A DNA stretch of 64,000 nucleotides from Bacteroidota bacterium (lineage in GTDB: Bacteria; Bacteroidota; Bacteroidia; Flavobacteriales_F; PHOS-HE28): the NCBI GenBank assembly GCA_014584605.1, contig JACTMO010000053.1, positions 25,792 through 89,791 of the forward strand, in the 5' to 3' direction. The position numbers and the translations under genes are program-made. The notes below the pieces were generated by a model, which was not told where the DNA came from, made no database searches, and saw nothing but the letters and a program-made list of their open reading frames with translations. Shown here one piece after another: positions 1 to 8,325 of this stretch. Each line of letters opens with the position of its first letter. Within the stretch, counting starts at the first letter, position 1.

Positions 1-403
1 CGGCCTCCTCGGGCTTGAGCTCATTGAGCGCCCTGGCCGCATCGTTGAAATAGGTCTTGGCCAGGAAGTCGTGGGCCTGGGCGGCATTGTCCGCATAGGT
101 CCCGGCGCTGTCGAAGGTCAGGCAGCGGTCCAGGCTCGCCAGCGCACTGTCCCGGTCGGCCTCCCCCTTGGGCGTACCGCTTCCCGCCTTGTACAGGTCC
201 TTGAGGATGAAGCCGCGCAACAGCCAGGCCTCCGGGTCGCGCTGGTGGGACGGCTCCAGCACGGCCTCATCCACCAGCGCCCTCGCCTCGTTGAGGGCCC
301 CGGTCTGATACTTGCGCAGGGCTTCGCTCAGCAGGTCCGACTGGGCCCGGCCCGTCGCCGCCAGGGCGATCATCAGCAATGCGGTATGGAGGCGGCCGCT
401 CAT
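1..403 (-). CDS. Hypothetical secreted protein, N-terminal part only (gene continues beyond the window start)
   Basis: Reverse-complement reading from the ATG at 403..401 gives MSGRLHTALLMIALAATGRAQSDLLSEALRKYQTGALNEARALVDEAVLEP..., a Sec-type signal peptide followed by an open frame with no stop before position 1. The start lies 2 bp downstream of the stop of the DUF4154 gene (TGA at 407..405), suggesting an operon. Confidence 0.4.
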   Translation of the reverse strand, partial: MSGRLHTALLMIALAATGRAQSDLLSEALRKYQTGALNEARALVDEAVLEPSHQRDPEAWLLRGFILKDLYKAGSGTPKGEADRDSALASLDRCLTFDSAGTYADNAAQAHDFLAKTYFNDAARALNELKPEEA

Positions 404-404
404 G

Positions 405-935
405 TCATTCCACCGCCCGGTGGGCCAGTTGTTTCAAGGTGAGCGCCACCTCCAGCTTGTGTTTGCGGGCGTTGGCCACGCTCAGTTCGTACTTCAAGGT
501 GTTCGCCACCTTCACGAAGTTCGCCACGGCCCCGTCCTCCAAAGCATCGGCATATTCAGTGACGATCAGGGTGGGCTTGTCGGCCAGGTTGCGGTAGATC
601 TCGGGCATCAGCGCCAGGTCCGAACGGCCCACGAAGAGGATGTGACAGCGGGCCACATCGGCGGACCGCGGCAGCTTGCGCACCTCGATCGGCTGCTTGC
701 CGATGGCCTTCGTGCTGTACTTCCTGATCAGCTCCTGGTACAGGTTGGAGCCACCGATCACCCCGATCACGAAGGTGCCCGAGCTCATCGCCGGGTCCTT
801 CCACTCCACGAGCTTGGCGATGTTGTAGATGTAGCTGGCCTGCACAATGGCCGAGGTGTCCTTCTCGGTGTCCAGCTGGGGCGGTGCGGCAGCGATGGCG
901 GGCCAGGCCAGGACCAGGGCCAGCACCCGCCACAT
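405..935 (-). CDS. YfiR/DUF4154-family periplasmic protein
   Basis: A ~177-aa ORF. It has a signal peptide (MWRVLALVLAWPAIAAA) and DUF4154/YfiR-like motifs (YNIAKLVEW, FVIGVIGGS, IEVRKL, CHILFVG, TLIVTE, ANFVKV...LKYELS...LKQLA). Start taken at the internal Met (M41 of the six-frame ORF). Confidence 0.6.
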   Translation of the reverse strand: MWRVLALVLAWPAIAAAPPQLDTEKDTSAIVQASYIYNIAKLVEWKDPAMSSGTFVIGVIGGSNLYQELIRKYSTKAIGKQPIEVRKLPRSADVARCHILFVGRSDLALMPEIYRNLADKPTLIVTEYADALEDGAVANFVKVANTLKYELSVANARKHKLEVALTLKQLAHRAVE

Positions 936-981
936 CCGGGCAGGGGGACTGTGCGGGCTACCTTTGCCCGCCCGGTGCAGC

Positions 982-2460
982 ATGGCCATGATCGTCCCCA
1001 ACAGCGGGCAAAGTAGATGCCGATCCCTGGCAGCGGCGGCGCTGGTCCTCGGCATCTGTCCACACCCCGGTGTTCAAGGGCAGGTGGACGCGCTGCGGCG
1101 TTTCGAGGTTGAGGCCCGGGAGAACGCCCGGGGATTCGAGTGGTTGAACTGGAGCAGCGCCCACATCGGCCACCGGCTCACCGGCAGCCCGCAGGGGGTG
1201 CGTGCCGAGGAGGTGGCCGACAGCCTGTTCCGCCTGTGCGGCCTGCCCCGGGTCTCTTTTCATCCGTTCAACGCCGTGGCCTGGTCGCGCGGCAGCGTGA
1301 TGCTCCGGCTGAGCGACGGTACGGACACGGAACATCTGGCGGCCGTTGCCCTGGCCCAGACCCCGGACAGCGCCGATGTGGAGGGCGAGCTCGTGGACCT
1401 GGGCAACGGCCTGGCCGAGCACTTCGCCCGCCTCAAGGACCGCGTCGCAGGCCGGGTGGTGCTGATGAACATCGGACTGGTGGAGGCCCCGGAAGGCACG
1501 GGCAACCTGCACCGCAGTGAGAAGGCCGCGCTGGCCATCCGGCACGGTGCCATCGGCATCGTGTTCGTGAACAATGTGGAGGGCGGGGTGCTGCTCACGG
1601 GCACCGCCTCGGTGGACGGGGCGCCCATCGCGGTGCCGGCGGCCTGCATCGCCTCGGAGGATGGCCAGCGCATCCGGGAGCGGCTGCGCGCCGACGCCCC
1701 GCTCCGCATGGGCCTGCGCATGACCAACCGCACGGGCAACGTGCAGGCCCGCAACGTTGTGGCCGAGGTCCCCGGCAGCGACCTGGCACATGAGGTGGTG
1801 CTGGTGGGTGGGCACCTGGACAGCTGGGACCTGGCCACGGGCGCCACCGACAACGGGCTGGGCGCGTTCTCCATCGTGGACATGGCCCGGGCCGTGGTGG
1901 CCAGCGGCCATCGCCCGCGGCGAACCCTGCGTTTTGTGCTGTTCATGGGCGAGGAACAGGGCCTGCTGGGCTCTGCGGCCATGGTTTCCGACCTGCAGGC
2001 TGCGGGTGAACTGGCGCGCGTGCGCTGCATGATCAACCTGGACATGACCGGTGACCCCTTCGGTTTCGGCGTGGCGGGGCCGGAGGGCTGGGCCGCCACC
2101 CTGGATCCCCTGATGGACCCCATCCGTGACCTGGACACCGCCTTCCGGAGCACCCTGCGGGAGGCCGCCTGGTTGCACAGCGACCACCAGCCCTTCCTGC
2201 TGGCGGGCATACCGGTCATCCTTCCCCTGTGCGACCTGGGCGGGCACGTGTACGGCTGCTACCACAGCAGCTGTGACGACGTGCATCTGGTGGACCCCAT
2301 GGACATGGTGAACAACGTGCGCTTCGTGGGGGCGCTGTTGCTGCAATTGGCCGATGCGCCCACCCTGCCGCAGGTCTTCACCGAAGCGGAACTCGGTGCC
2401 CGGCTGCGCGCCGAAGGGCTCGAAGAGAAGCTTCGTATGGCCGGGCTGTGGCGGTGGTGA
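982..2460 (+). CDS. M28-family metallopeptidase with PA domain (secreted aminopeptidase-like)
   Basis: Signal-like N-terminus (MAMIVPNSGQSRCRSLAAAALVLGI). PA-domain segment (GRVVLMNIGLVEAPEGTGNLHRSEKAALAIRHGAIGIVFVNN). M28 metal-binding motifs (VVLVGGHLDSWDLATGATDNGLG, FMGEEQGLLGS, HSSCDD). Start at M46 of the ORF so the gene does not overlap the divergent upstream gene. Confidence 0.7.
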   Translation: MAMIVPNSGQSRCRSLAAAALVLGICPHPGVQGQVDALRRFEVEARENARGFEWLNWSSAHIGHRLTGSPQGVRAEEVADSLFRLCGLPRVSFHPFNAVAWSRGSVMLRLSDGTDTEHLAAVALAQTPDSADVEGELVDLGNGLAEHFARLKDRVAGRVVLMNIGLVEAPEGTGNLHRSEKAALAIRHGAIGIVFVNNVEGGVLLTGTASVDGAPIAVPAACIASEDGQRIRERLRADAPLRMGLRMTNRTGNVQARNVVAEVPGSDLAHEVVLVGGHLDSWDLATGATDNGLGAFSIVDMARAVVASGHRPRRTLRFVLFMGEEQGLLGSAAMVSDLQAAGELARVRCMINLDMTGDPFGFGVAGPEGWAATLDPLMDPIRDLDTAFRSTLREAAWLHSDHQPFLLAGIPVILPLCDLGGHVYGCYHSSCDDVHLVDPMDMVNNVRFVGALLLQLADAPTLPQVFTEAELGARLRAEGLEEKLRMAGLWRW

Positions 2461-2472
2461 CCGCACCGGGGT

Positions 2473-2991
2473 TCACACCCCGCCCTTGCCCCCCTGGCCC
2501 GGGGCCACAAGCCCCTCCAGGTCGCGGTCAAAGAGATACAGGCCGCCCTTGTCGTTCCCGATCAGGTTCAGCTTGTCGATAAGGGTACGCGCCAGGGCCT
2601 CCTCCTCGATCTGCTCGCTGACGTACCACTGCATGAAGTTGTGCGTGGTGTAATCCTTCTCCTTCAGGCAGGTGTCCACCACCTGGTTGATGGTGGCCGT
2701 GACGTGCGTCTCGTGCTCGAACAGGCTGCTGAAGATGTCGGTGATGCTCTTGAAGTCCGTCGAGGGCCGTTTGAGCGCAGGCACCACGGCGCGGCCACCC
2801 CGCTCGTTCACGAAGCGGATCAGCTTGAGCATGTGCATGCGCTCCTCATCGCTGTGGCGGTAGAGGAAAGCCGCAGTGCCGCTGAGCCCCTGGTTCTCGG
2901 CCCAGCTGGCCATGGCCAGATATGCCTGGCTGCTGTCCGCCTCAATGGCGATCTGTCCGTTGAGGGCGGTCTCGATCTTCTTGGAAAGCAT
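2473..2991 (-). CDS. ftn: Ferritin (non-haem, bacterial ferritin family)
   Basis: 172-aa ORF. Ferritin-like diiron motifs (EADSSQAYLAMASWAE, HSDEERMHMLKLIRFVNERGG, FEHETHVTATIN, HNFMQWYVSEQIEEEA). Confidence 0.9.
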   Translation of the reverse strand: MLSKKIETALNGQIAIEADSSQAYLAMASWAENQGLSGTAAFLYRHSDEERMHMLKLIRFVNERGGRAVVPALKRPSTDFKSITDIFSSLFEHETHVTATINQVVDTCLKEKDYTTHNFMQWYVSEQIEEEALARTLIDKLNLIGNDKGGLYLFDRDLEGLVAPGQGGKGGV

Positions 2992-3021
2992 GGTGTAAAG
3001 GTAGTTGGAGGGCCGGGTCGT

Positions 3022-3585
3022 TCAGCGGTTGTTGAAGTGGTTCATGGCCTGGGCAACGCCCAGCAGGCCCACCTGCACCACGGCCTTGGCGGCCACCTCC
3101 ACCCGGTCGGGAAGGGCGGCAGATTCCTCCGGGGTCCAGCGGCCCAGGACGAAATCGCTCTGCCGCCCCCTGGGAAAAACACTGCCGATGCCGAACCGCA
3201 GCCGGGGGAAGGCCTCCGAGCCGAGCACCTCGATGATGTGGGTGAGCCCGTTGTGCCCGCCGGCACCACCGGAGGAACGCAACCGCACCTTGCCGAACGG
3301 CAGGGCCAGGTCGTCGCTCACCACCAGCACGCGCTCCAGAGGCACGTCCTCCTGGTCCATCCAATAGCGAACGGCCTTGCCGCTCAGGTTCATGAAGGTC
3401 TGCGGCTTGAGCAGGATGAAGGTGCGGCCCTTGTGCCGGAACTCGGCATGGTCCGCGTACCGAGCGGGAGTGAAGCGCACCTCGAAGGTGCGTGCCAGGT
3501 GGTCCAGGACCTCGAACCCTGCGTTGTGCCTGGTGCCGGCGTATTCCGGACCGGGGTTGCCAAGGCCGACGACCAGGTGCTTCAT
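3022..3585 (-). CDS. pth: Peptidyl-tRNA hydrolase
   Basis: 187 aa. MKHLVVGLGNPGPEYAGTRHNAGFEVLDHLA, catalytic GGHNGL, FxRxRxGIG motifs. Classic position downstream of rplY(ctc). Confidence 0.9.
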   Translation of the reverse strand: MKHLVVGLGNPGPEYAGTRHNAGFEVLDHLARTFEVRFTPARYADHAEFRHKGRTFILLKPQTFMNLSGKAVRYWMDQEDVPLERVLVVSDDLALPFGKVRLRSSGGAGGHNGLTHIIEVLGSEAFPRLRFGIGSVFPRGRQSDFVLGRWTPEESAALPDRVEVAAKAVVQVGLLGVAQAMNHFNNR

Positions 3586-3657
3586 GGGCTGCCATGCACG
3601 CGGACCCCGTTGCAGCGGGGTCCGGGCGGGGGGTGTGCGGCCAGGATGGCCGGTTCA

Positions 3658-4314
3658 CTATTTCTTGGCGGCGGGCTTGGCCTCGGGCTTCTTGGCGTCC
3701 GCAGCGGCGGGCGCGGCAGCGGGGGCGGCGCCTGCGGCAGGGGCGGCAGCGGCGGGCGCGGCTTCGGCCTCCTTCTTGGGCATGCTCACCTTCAACACCA
3801 CCTCCTCGGGCTTGTTGAGCAGTTCCAGACCGGAGAACTTCAGGTCTCGCACACGCACGTTCTGGCCCAGTTCCACGTGTTCCACGTCGTACTCCAGGTG
3901 CTCGGGCAGCTGCCCGGGGAGACCCTTCACCTCCAGTTTGCGGAGGGTCTGGTTCAGTTTGCCACCCTTGCGCACGCCGGCGGGCTGCCCCTTCAGGCGC
4001 AGGCTCAGCGACACGCACGCAGGCTTATCCTCATCCAGTTCGATGAAGTCGGCGTGGAGGATCTTGTCGGATACCGGGTGGAACTGGGTCTCTTGTAGTT
4101 TGGCCATCAGCTTGCGACCGCCCAGGTCGAGCTCGATGCGATAGACCTCGGGAGTGAGGACCACTTCGCCCAGAGCGGCCTCATCGGTGGCGAAGTGGGT
4201 GACCTTGCCGCCGCCGTACAGCACGCAAGGCACCTGCTTCGCACGGCGCAGCTGGTCGGCGTTCCGGGTGCCGGTGGCGGTGCGCACGGCGCCGGTGAGT
4301 TCTACCTTCTTCAT
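3658..4314 (-). CDS. rplY: 50S ribosomal protein L25 / general stress protein Ctc
   Basis: 218 aa. L25/Ctc N-terminal domain (MKKVELTGAVRTATGTRNADQLRRAKQVPCVLYGGG...FHPVSDKILHADFIEL) plus an Ala/Pro/Lys-rich C-terminal tail. Sits between prs and pth. Confidence 0.85.
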   Translation of the reverse strand: MKKVELTGAVRTATGTRNADQLRRAKQVPCVLYGGGKVTHFATDEAALGEVVLTPEVYRIELDLGGRKLMAKLQETQFHPVSDKILHADFIELDEDKPACVSLSLRLKGQPAGVRKGGKLNQTLRKLEVKGLPGQLPEHLEYDVEHVELGQNVRVRDLKFSGLELLNKPEEVVLKVSMPKKEAEAAPAAAAPAAGAAPAAAPAAADAKKPEAKPAAKK

Positions 4315-4326
4315 GGGTCGGGGGTG

Positions 4327-5274
4327 TTAGGCGATGATGAAATGGCTGCTGATGCTCTCGTGGCTGCGCACGCGCTGGATGACGTTGGCGAACAGGCCGG
4401 CCACTGTGAGTTGCTTGATCTTGCTGGTGCGGGCCAGCTTGTCGGGCCCGATGGGGATGGTGTCCGTGACGATGAGCTCCGCCAGGCTGGAGCGCTCCAG
4501 CCGGTCGCAGGCATCGCCGCTCAGCACGGCGTGCGTGCAGACCGCGCGCACGCTCTTGGCGCCCAGTTCGGTCATCATGCCGGCGGCCTTGGTCAGCGTG
4601 CCGGCCGTGTCCACCATGTCGTCGATCAGCACCACGTCCTTGTCCTTGACGTCGCCGATCACGGTCATCTTCTCGATCTGGTTGGCCACCTTGCGCTGCT
4701 TGTAGCAGATGGCCATGTCGCAGCCCAGGTGCTTGCTGTAGGCATTGGCCCGCTTGGTGCCGCCGGTATCCGGGGCGGCCATCAACAGGTCCTTGAGGCC
4801 CAGCTCCTTGATGTGGGGCAGGAAGATGCTGCTGGCGAACAGGTGGTCCACCGGCACCTCGAAGAAACCCTGGATCTGGTCGGCATGCAGGTCCATGGTC
4901 ATCACGCGGTCCACACCGGCGGCCGTGAGCATGTTGGCCACCAGCTTGGCGCCGATGCTCACACGAGGTTTGTCCTTGCGGTCCTGGCGGGCGAAGCCGA
5001 AGTAAGGCATGACGGCCACGATGCGCTTGGCGCTGGCGCGCTTGGCGGCATCCACCATCATCAGCAGCTCGAACAGGTTGTCGCTGGGTGGAAAGGTGCT
5101 CTGCACGATGAAGACCAGCTGGCCGCGCACGGTCTCCTCGAAGCTCGGCTGGAACTCCCCGTCGCTGAACCGGCTGACGGTCACGTCCCCGAGCCGCTCG
5201 CCGGAACTCTGGGCGATCTTCTCGGCCAGGTACCGCGTGGCGGTCCCACTGAAGATCTTGGCCGGCTCGATCAT
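4327..5274 (-). CDS. prs: Ribose-phosphate pyrophosphokinase (PRPP synthetase)
   Basis: 315 aa. Conserved PRPP-synthetase motifs (FSDGEFQPSFEETVRG, VMPYFGFARQDRK, VLIDDMVDTAGT). Conserved prs-ctc-pth gene order. Confidence 0.95.
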   Translation of the reverse strand: MIEPAKIFSGTATRYLAEKIAQSSGERLGDVTVSRFSDGEFQPSFEETVRGQLVFIVQSTFPPSDNLFELLMMVDAAKRASAKRIVAVMPYFGFARQDRKDKPRVSIGAKLVANMLTAAGVDRVMTMDLHADQIQGFFEVPVDHLFASSIFLPHIKELGLKDLLMAAPDTGGTKRANAYSKHLGCDMAICYKQRKVANQIEKMTVIGDVKDKDVVLIDDMVDTAGTLTKAAGMMTELGAKSVRAVCTHAVLSGDACDRLERSSLAELIVTDTIPIGPDKLARTSKIKQLTVAGLFANVIQRVRSHESISSHFIIA

Positions 5275-5393
5275 GGCATCCCGCTAAGGGGCTGCAAAGT
5301 TAGAGATCTTCCGCAGGTTATCAACGATCGTTGGTGGAACCTTGCCGGCGCCGCTGCGGCTTTGAACGACCTTCGCCACCGACCCACCACCGG

Positions 5394-7574
5394 ATGCCCT
5401 CCCGAAGCCCCTCCCCCACCCCGGGCGACCTGGCCGCACGTGTGCTGGCCGCCGTGCGGCGGTCCGGCCACGCCGGCGTCACCAGCCAGCAATTGGCCCT
5501 CCAACTGGGCTTGCGCGACAAGGACCGCCGCTACCTGCTGTACGACGCGCTCGAGGCCCTGTTGGACGAGGGGCGCATCCGCAGCGGCAAGAAGGGCCGC
5601 TACATCGCTTCCGGCGGGACCGACACCCTGGAGGGCAGCATCGATATCATCGGCAGCGGCGGGGGCTACGTGCGGCCCGACCCCGCCCTCGGCGCGGACC
5701 AGGGGGATGTGTTCGTGCATCCGCGCAACGTGGGCACGGCCCTGCACGGCGACGCGGTGCGCGTGAAGCTGGTCGGCGGGCGGGGCCTTCGGCCCGAGGG
5801 CCGCGTGCTGGAGGTGCTGCGCCGCCGCCGCACCGAGTTCGTGGGCACCGTGCATCTGAAGCAGGGACGGTTGATGCTGGTGGCCGACGACCAGCGGGTG
5901 CAGCGGCCCTTCCTGATCCCCGCCAACGAAGGCCGGGGCGTCCGCGAAGGCGACAAGGCCATCATCGCCCTGGGCGAGTGGAAAGATGCGCGCGACCTGC
6001 CCCGCGGCCGCGTGGTCCGTGTCCTGGGCCGGGCGGGCGAGCATCAGGTGGAGATGCACGCCATCCTGGCGGAGTTCGGCCTCCCGCTGGAGTTCCCGGA
6101 GAGCGTGCTGGCGGCGGCGGTCGACATCCCCGACGGATGCACCCCCGAGGAGGTGGCCCTGCGTCGCGACGTGCGCGGCATCCCCACCCTCACCATCGAC
6201 CCCGACGATGCCAAGGACCTGGACGACGCGCTGAGCGTGCGTCCGCTCGCGAACGGTCACTGGGAGGTGGGGGTGCACATCGCCGATGTGAGCCACTACG
6301 TCCGGCCCGGCTCGGTCGTCGACCTGGAGGCGGCGGCACGTGCCACCAGTGTTTACCTGGTGGACCGCGTGGTGCCCATGCTGCCCGAGCGGCTCAGCAA
6401 CGACCTGTGCTCGCTGAACCCCCACACCGACAAGCTGAGCTTCAGCGCCATCTTCGAGCTGGACGAAAGGGCACAGGTGAAGGCCGAATGGTTCGGCCGG
6501 ACCGTCATGCGCGCGCAGCGTCGTTTCGCCTATGCCGAGGCCCAGGCCATCATCGACGGCAAGGGCGAGGGCCCCCTGCGGGACGAAGTGCTGCTGCTCC
6601 ACCGGCTGGGGCAGGTGCTGCGCAAGGACCGCATCGCCAACGGCGCCCTGGAGATCGGTGGCAACGAAGTGAAGTTCCGGCTGGACGAGAAGGGGCGGCC
6701 CCTCGAGGTGTACGAGAAGGTGATGGGGCCCGCCAACTGGCTCATCGAGGAGTTCATGCTGCTGGCCAACAAACGCGTGGCCGCATGGGTGGGCCGCCGG
6801 CGCAAGGGGGGTGTTCCGCCCTTCGTGTACCGCGTGCACGACCTGCCCGATACCGAAAAGGTCGAGCAGCTTCGCGCCCTGGCGCGAAGCTTCGGGCACG
6901 AGCTCCACATCGGCAAGGGTGAGGAGCTGCCCCATGCGATCAACCGGCTGCTGCGCGCCGTGAAGGGTCGCGAAGAGGAGAACATCATCAAACAGGTGGC
7001 GATCCGCAGCATGGCCAAGGCCATTTACAGCACCGACAACATCGGCCACTACGGCCTGGCCTTCGAGCACTACACGCACTTCACCAGCCCCATCCGGCGG
7101 TACCCGGACCTGCTGGTGCACCGGGCCCTGGCACACTACCTGGGCGGCGGCCGCCATCTGGACAAGGAACAGCTGGAGGTGAGCTGCCGGCACAGCTCCA
7201 ACATGGAAAAGCGGGCCGCCGACGCCGAGCGGGCGAGCATTCGCTACAAACAGGCCGAATACCTGCTGGCCCGTGTGGGCGAGCGGTTCGAGGGCACCAT
7301 CAGCGGGCTCACCAACTGGGGCGTCTACGTGGAGCTGAAGGCCAACCACTGCGAGGGCATGGTGCCGCTGCGCGAACTGCCCGGCGATGCCTACCGCTTC
7401 GACCCCGAACGCTATCAGGTGGCGGGCCAGCGCACCGGTCGGCGTTTCCGGCTGGGCGACGAGGTGGCCGTGCGGATCAAGGCGGTGGACATGGACCGCC
7501 GCACCGTGGACCTGGTGCTGGACGAGGCCCGTGCGGCCCGACCTGCCGGGCGCGGCCGCGCTAAACGAGCTTGA
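5394..7574 (+). CDS. rnr: Ribonuclease R
   Basis: ~726 aa. N-terminal HTH, cold-shock domain, RNB catalytic domain (IDPDDAKDLDDALS, HIADVSHYV), C-terminal S1 domain and a basic tail (RAARPAGRGRAKRA). Start at internal M22 (ATG 5394). Confidence 0.9.
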   Translation: MPSRSPSPTPGDLAARVLAAVRRSGHAGVTSQQLALQLGLRDKDRRYLLYDALEALLDEGRIRSGKKGRYIASGGTDTLEGSIDIIGSGGGYVRPDPALGADQGDVFVHPRNVGTALHGDAVRVKLVGGRGLRPEGRVLEVLRRRRTEFVGTVHLKQGRLMLVADDQRVQRPFLIPANEGRGVREGDKAIIALGEWKDARDLPRGRVVRVLGRAGEHQVEMHAILAEFGLPLEFPESVLAAAVDIPDGCTPEEVALRRDVRGIPTLTIDPDDAKDLDDALSVRPLANGHWEVGVHIADVSHYVRPGSVVDLEAAARATSVYLVDRVVPMLPERLSNDLCSLNPHTDKLSFSAIFELDERAQVKAEWFGRTVMRAQRRFAYAEAQAIIDGKGEGPLRDEVLLLHRLGQVLRKDRIANGALEIGGNEVKFRLDEKGRPLEVYEKVMGPANWLIEEFMLLANKRVAAWVGRRRKGGVPPFVYRVHDLPDTEKVEQLRALARSFGHELHIGKGEELPHAINRLLRAVKGREEENIIKQVAIRSMAKAIYSTDNIGHYGLAFEHYTHFTSPIRRYPDLLVHRALAHYLGGGRHLDKEQLEVSCRHSSNMEKRAADAERASIRYKQAEYLLARVGERFEGTISGLTNWGVYVELKANHCEGMVPLRELPGDAYRFDPERYQVAGQRTGRRFRLGDEVAVRIKAVDMDRRTVDLVLDEARAARPAGRGRAKRA

Positions 7575-8316
7575 GGCGGCGGGACAGGTCGTCCTTGTAG
7601 CTGCCGCCGATGGGGATCACCTTCTTGTCGTTCTCCAGGATCAGGTTGGGCTGCTCGATGGCCACGATCTTGTCGATGCGCACGATGAAGGACCGGTGCA
7701 CCCGCACGAACTCGCTCTCGGGCAGCTTGCCCTCGATGTCCTTCATGGTGCTGTGCACCGTGTACCGGGCGTTGAGCGTGTTGATCACCACGTAATCCTT
7801 CAGCGCCTCGATGAAATAGATGTCGCTGATGCGCAGCTTCACCAGGCGGCTGTTGCTCTTCACGAAGAGCAGGTCGTTGGCGCTTCCCTGGTTCTCCACC
7901 AGGTTGAAGAGCAGGTCGCGCTCCTTGAGCACCTCGGCCTCCTTCTTGTGCTTGTACAGCGCCATCTCGATCGACGTGTGGATGTCGATCTCCTTGAATG
8001 GCTTGATGATGTATCCGTAGGGTTGGGTGACCTTGGCTTTGTTGAGCGTGCTCTCGTCGGCGTACGCCGTGAGGAAGATCACCGGGATGTTGGTCTCCTG
8101 CCGGATCTGGGTGGCGGCCTCGATGCCGTTCATCTCCCCCTTGAGCATGATGTCCATGAGGATGATGTCCGGCTGTGCCTCCACGGCGAGCTTCACGGCC
8201 TGTTCGCCCGTGGCGGCGGCGCCCACGACATTGTAGCCCAGCTTCTTCAGGCTGTGCTGGATGTCCTTGCTCACGATGCTCTCGTCCTCAACGACCAGGA
8301 CATTGGTCTGGGCCAT
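7561..8316 (-). CDS. LytTR-family two-component response regulator (REC + LytTR DNA-binding domain)
   Basis: 251 aa. Receiver domain (VLVVEDE...DIILMDIML...KPF). C-terminal LytTR domain (RISDIYFIEALKDYVVINT...FVRVHRSFIV). Begins 10 bp downstream of the kinase gene. Confidence 0.85.
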   Translation of the reverse strand: MAQTNVLVVEDESIVSKDIQHSLKKLGYNVVGAAATGEQAVKLAVEAQPDIILMDIMLKGEMNGIEAATQIRQETNIPVIFLTAYADESTLNKAKVTQPYGYIIKPFKEIDIHTSIEMALYKHKKEAEVLKERDLLFNLVENQGSANDLLFVKSNSRLVKLRISDIYFIEALKDYVVINTLNARYTVHSTMKDIEGKLPESEFVRVHRSFIVRIDKIVAIEQPNLILENDKKVIPIGGSYKDDLSRRLKLV

Positions 8317-8325
8317 GTGCGCGAA

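Noticed and set aside
312-1016. 234-aa plus-strand ORF (and 847..2460 N-terminal extension of the peptidase)
   Set aside because: It overlaps the minus-strand DUF4154/YfiR-like gene, which has clear family motifs. The peptidase start was moved to ATG 982, where a signal-peptide-like segment begins.
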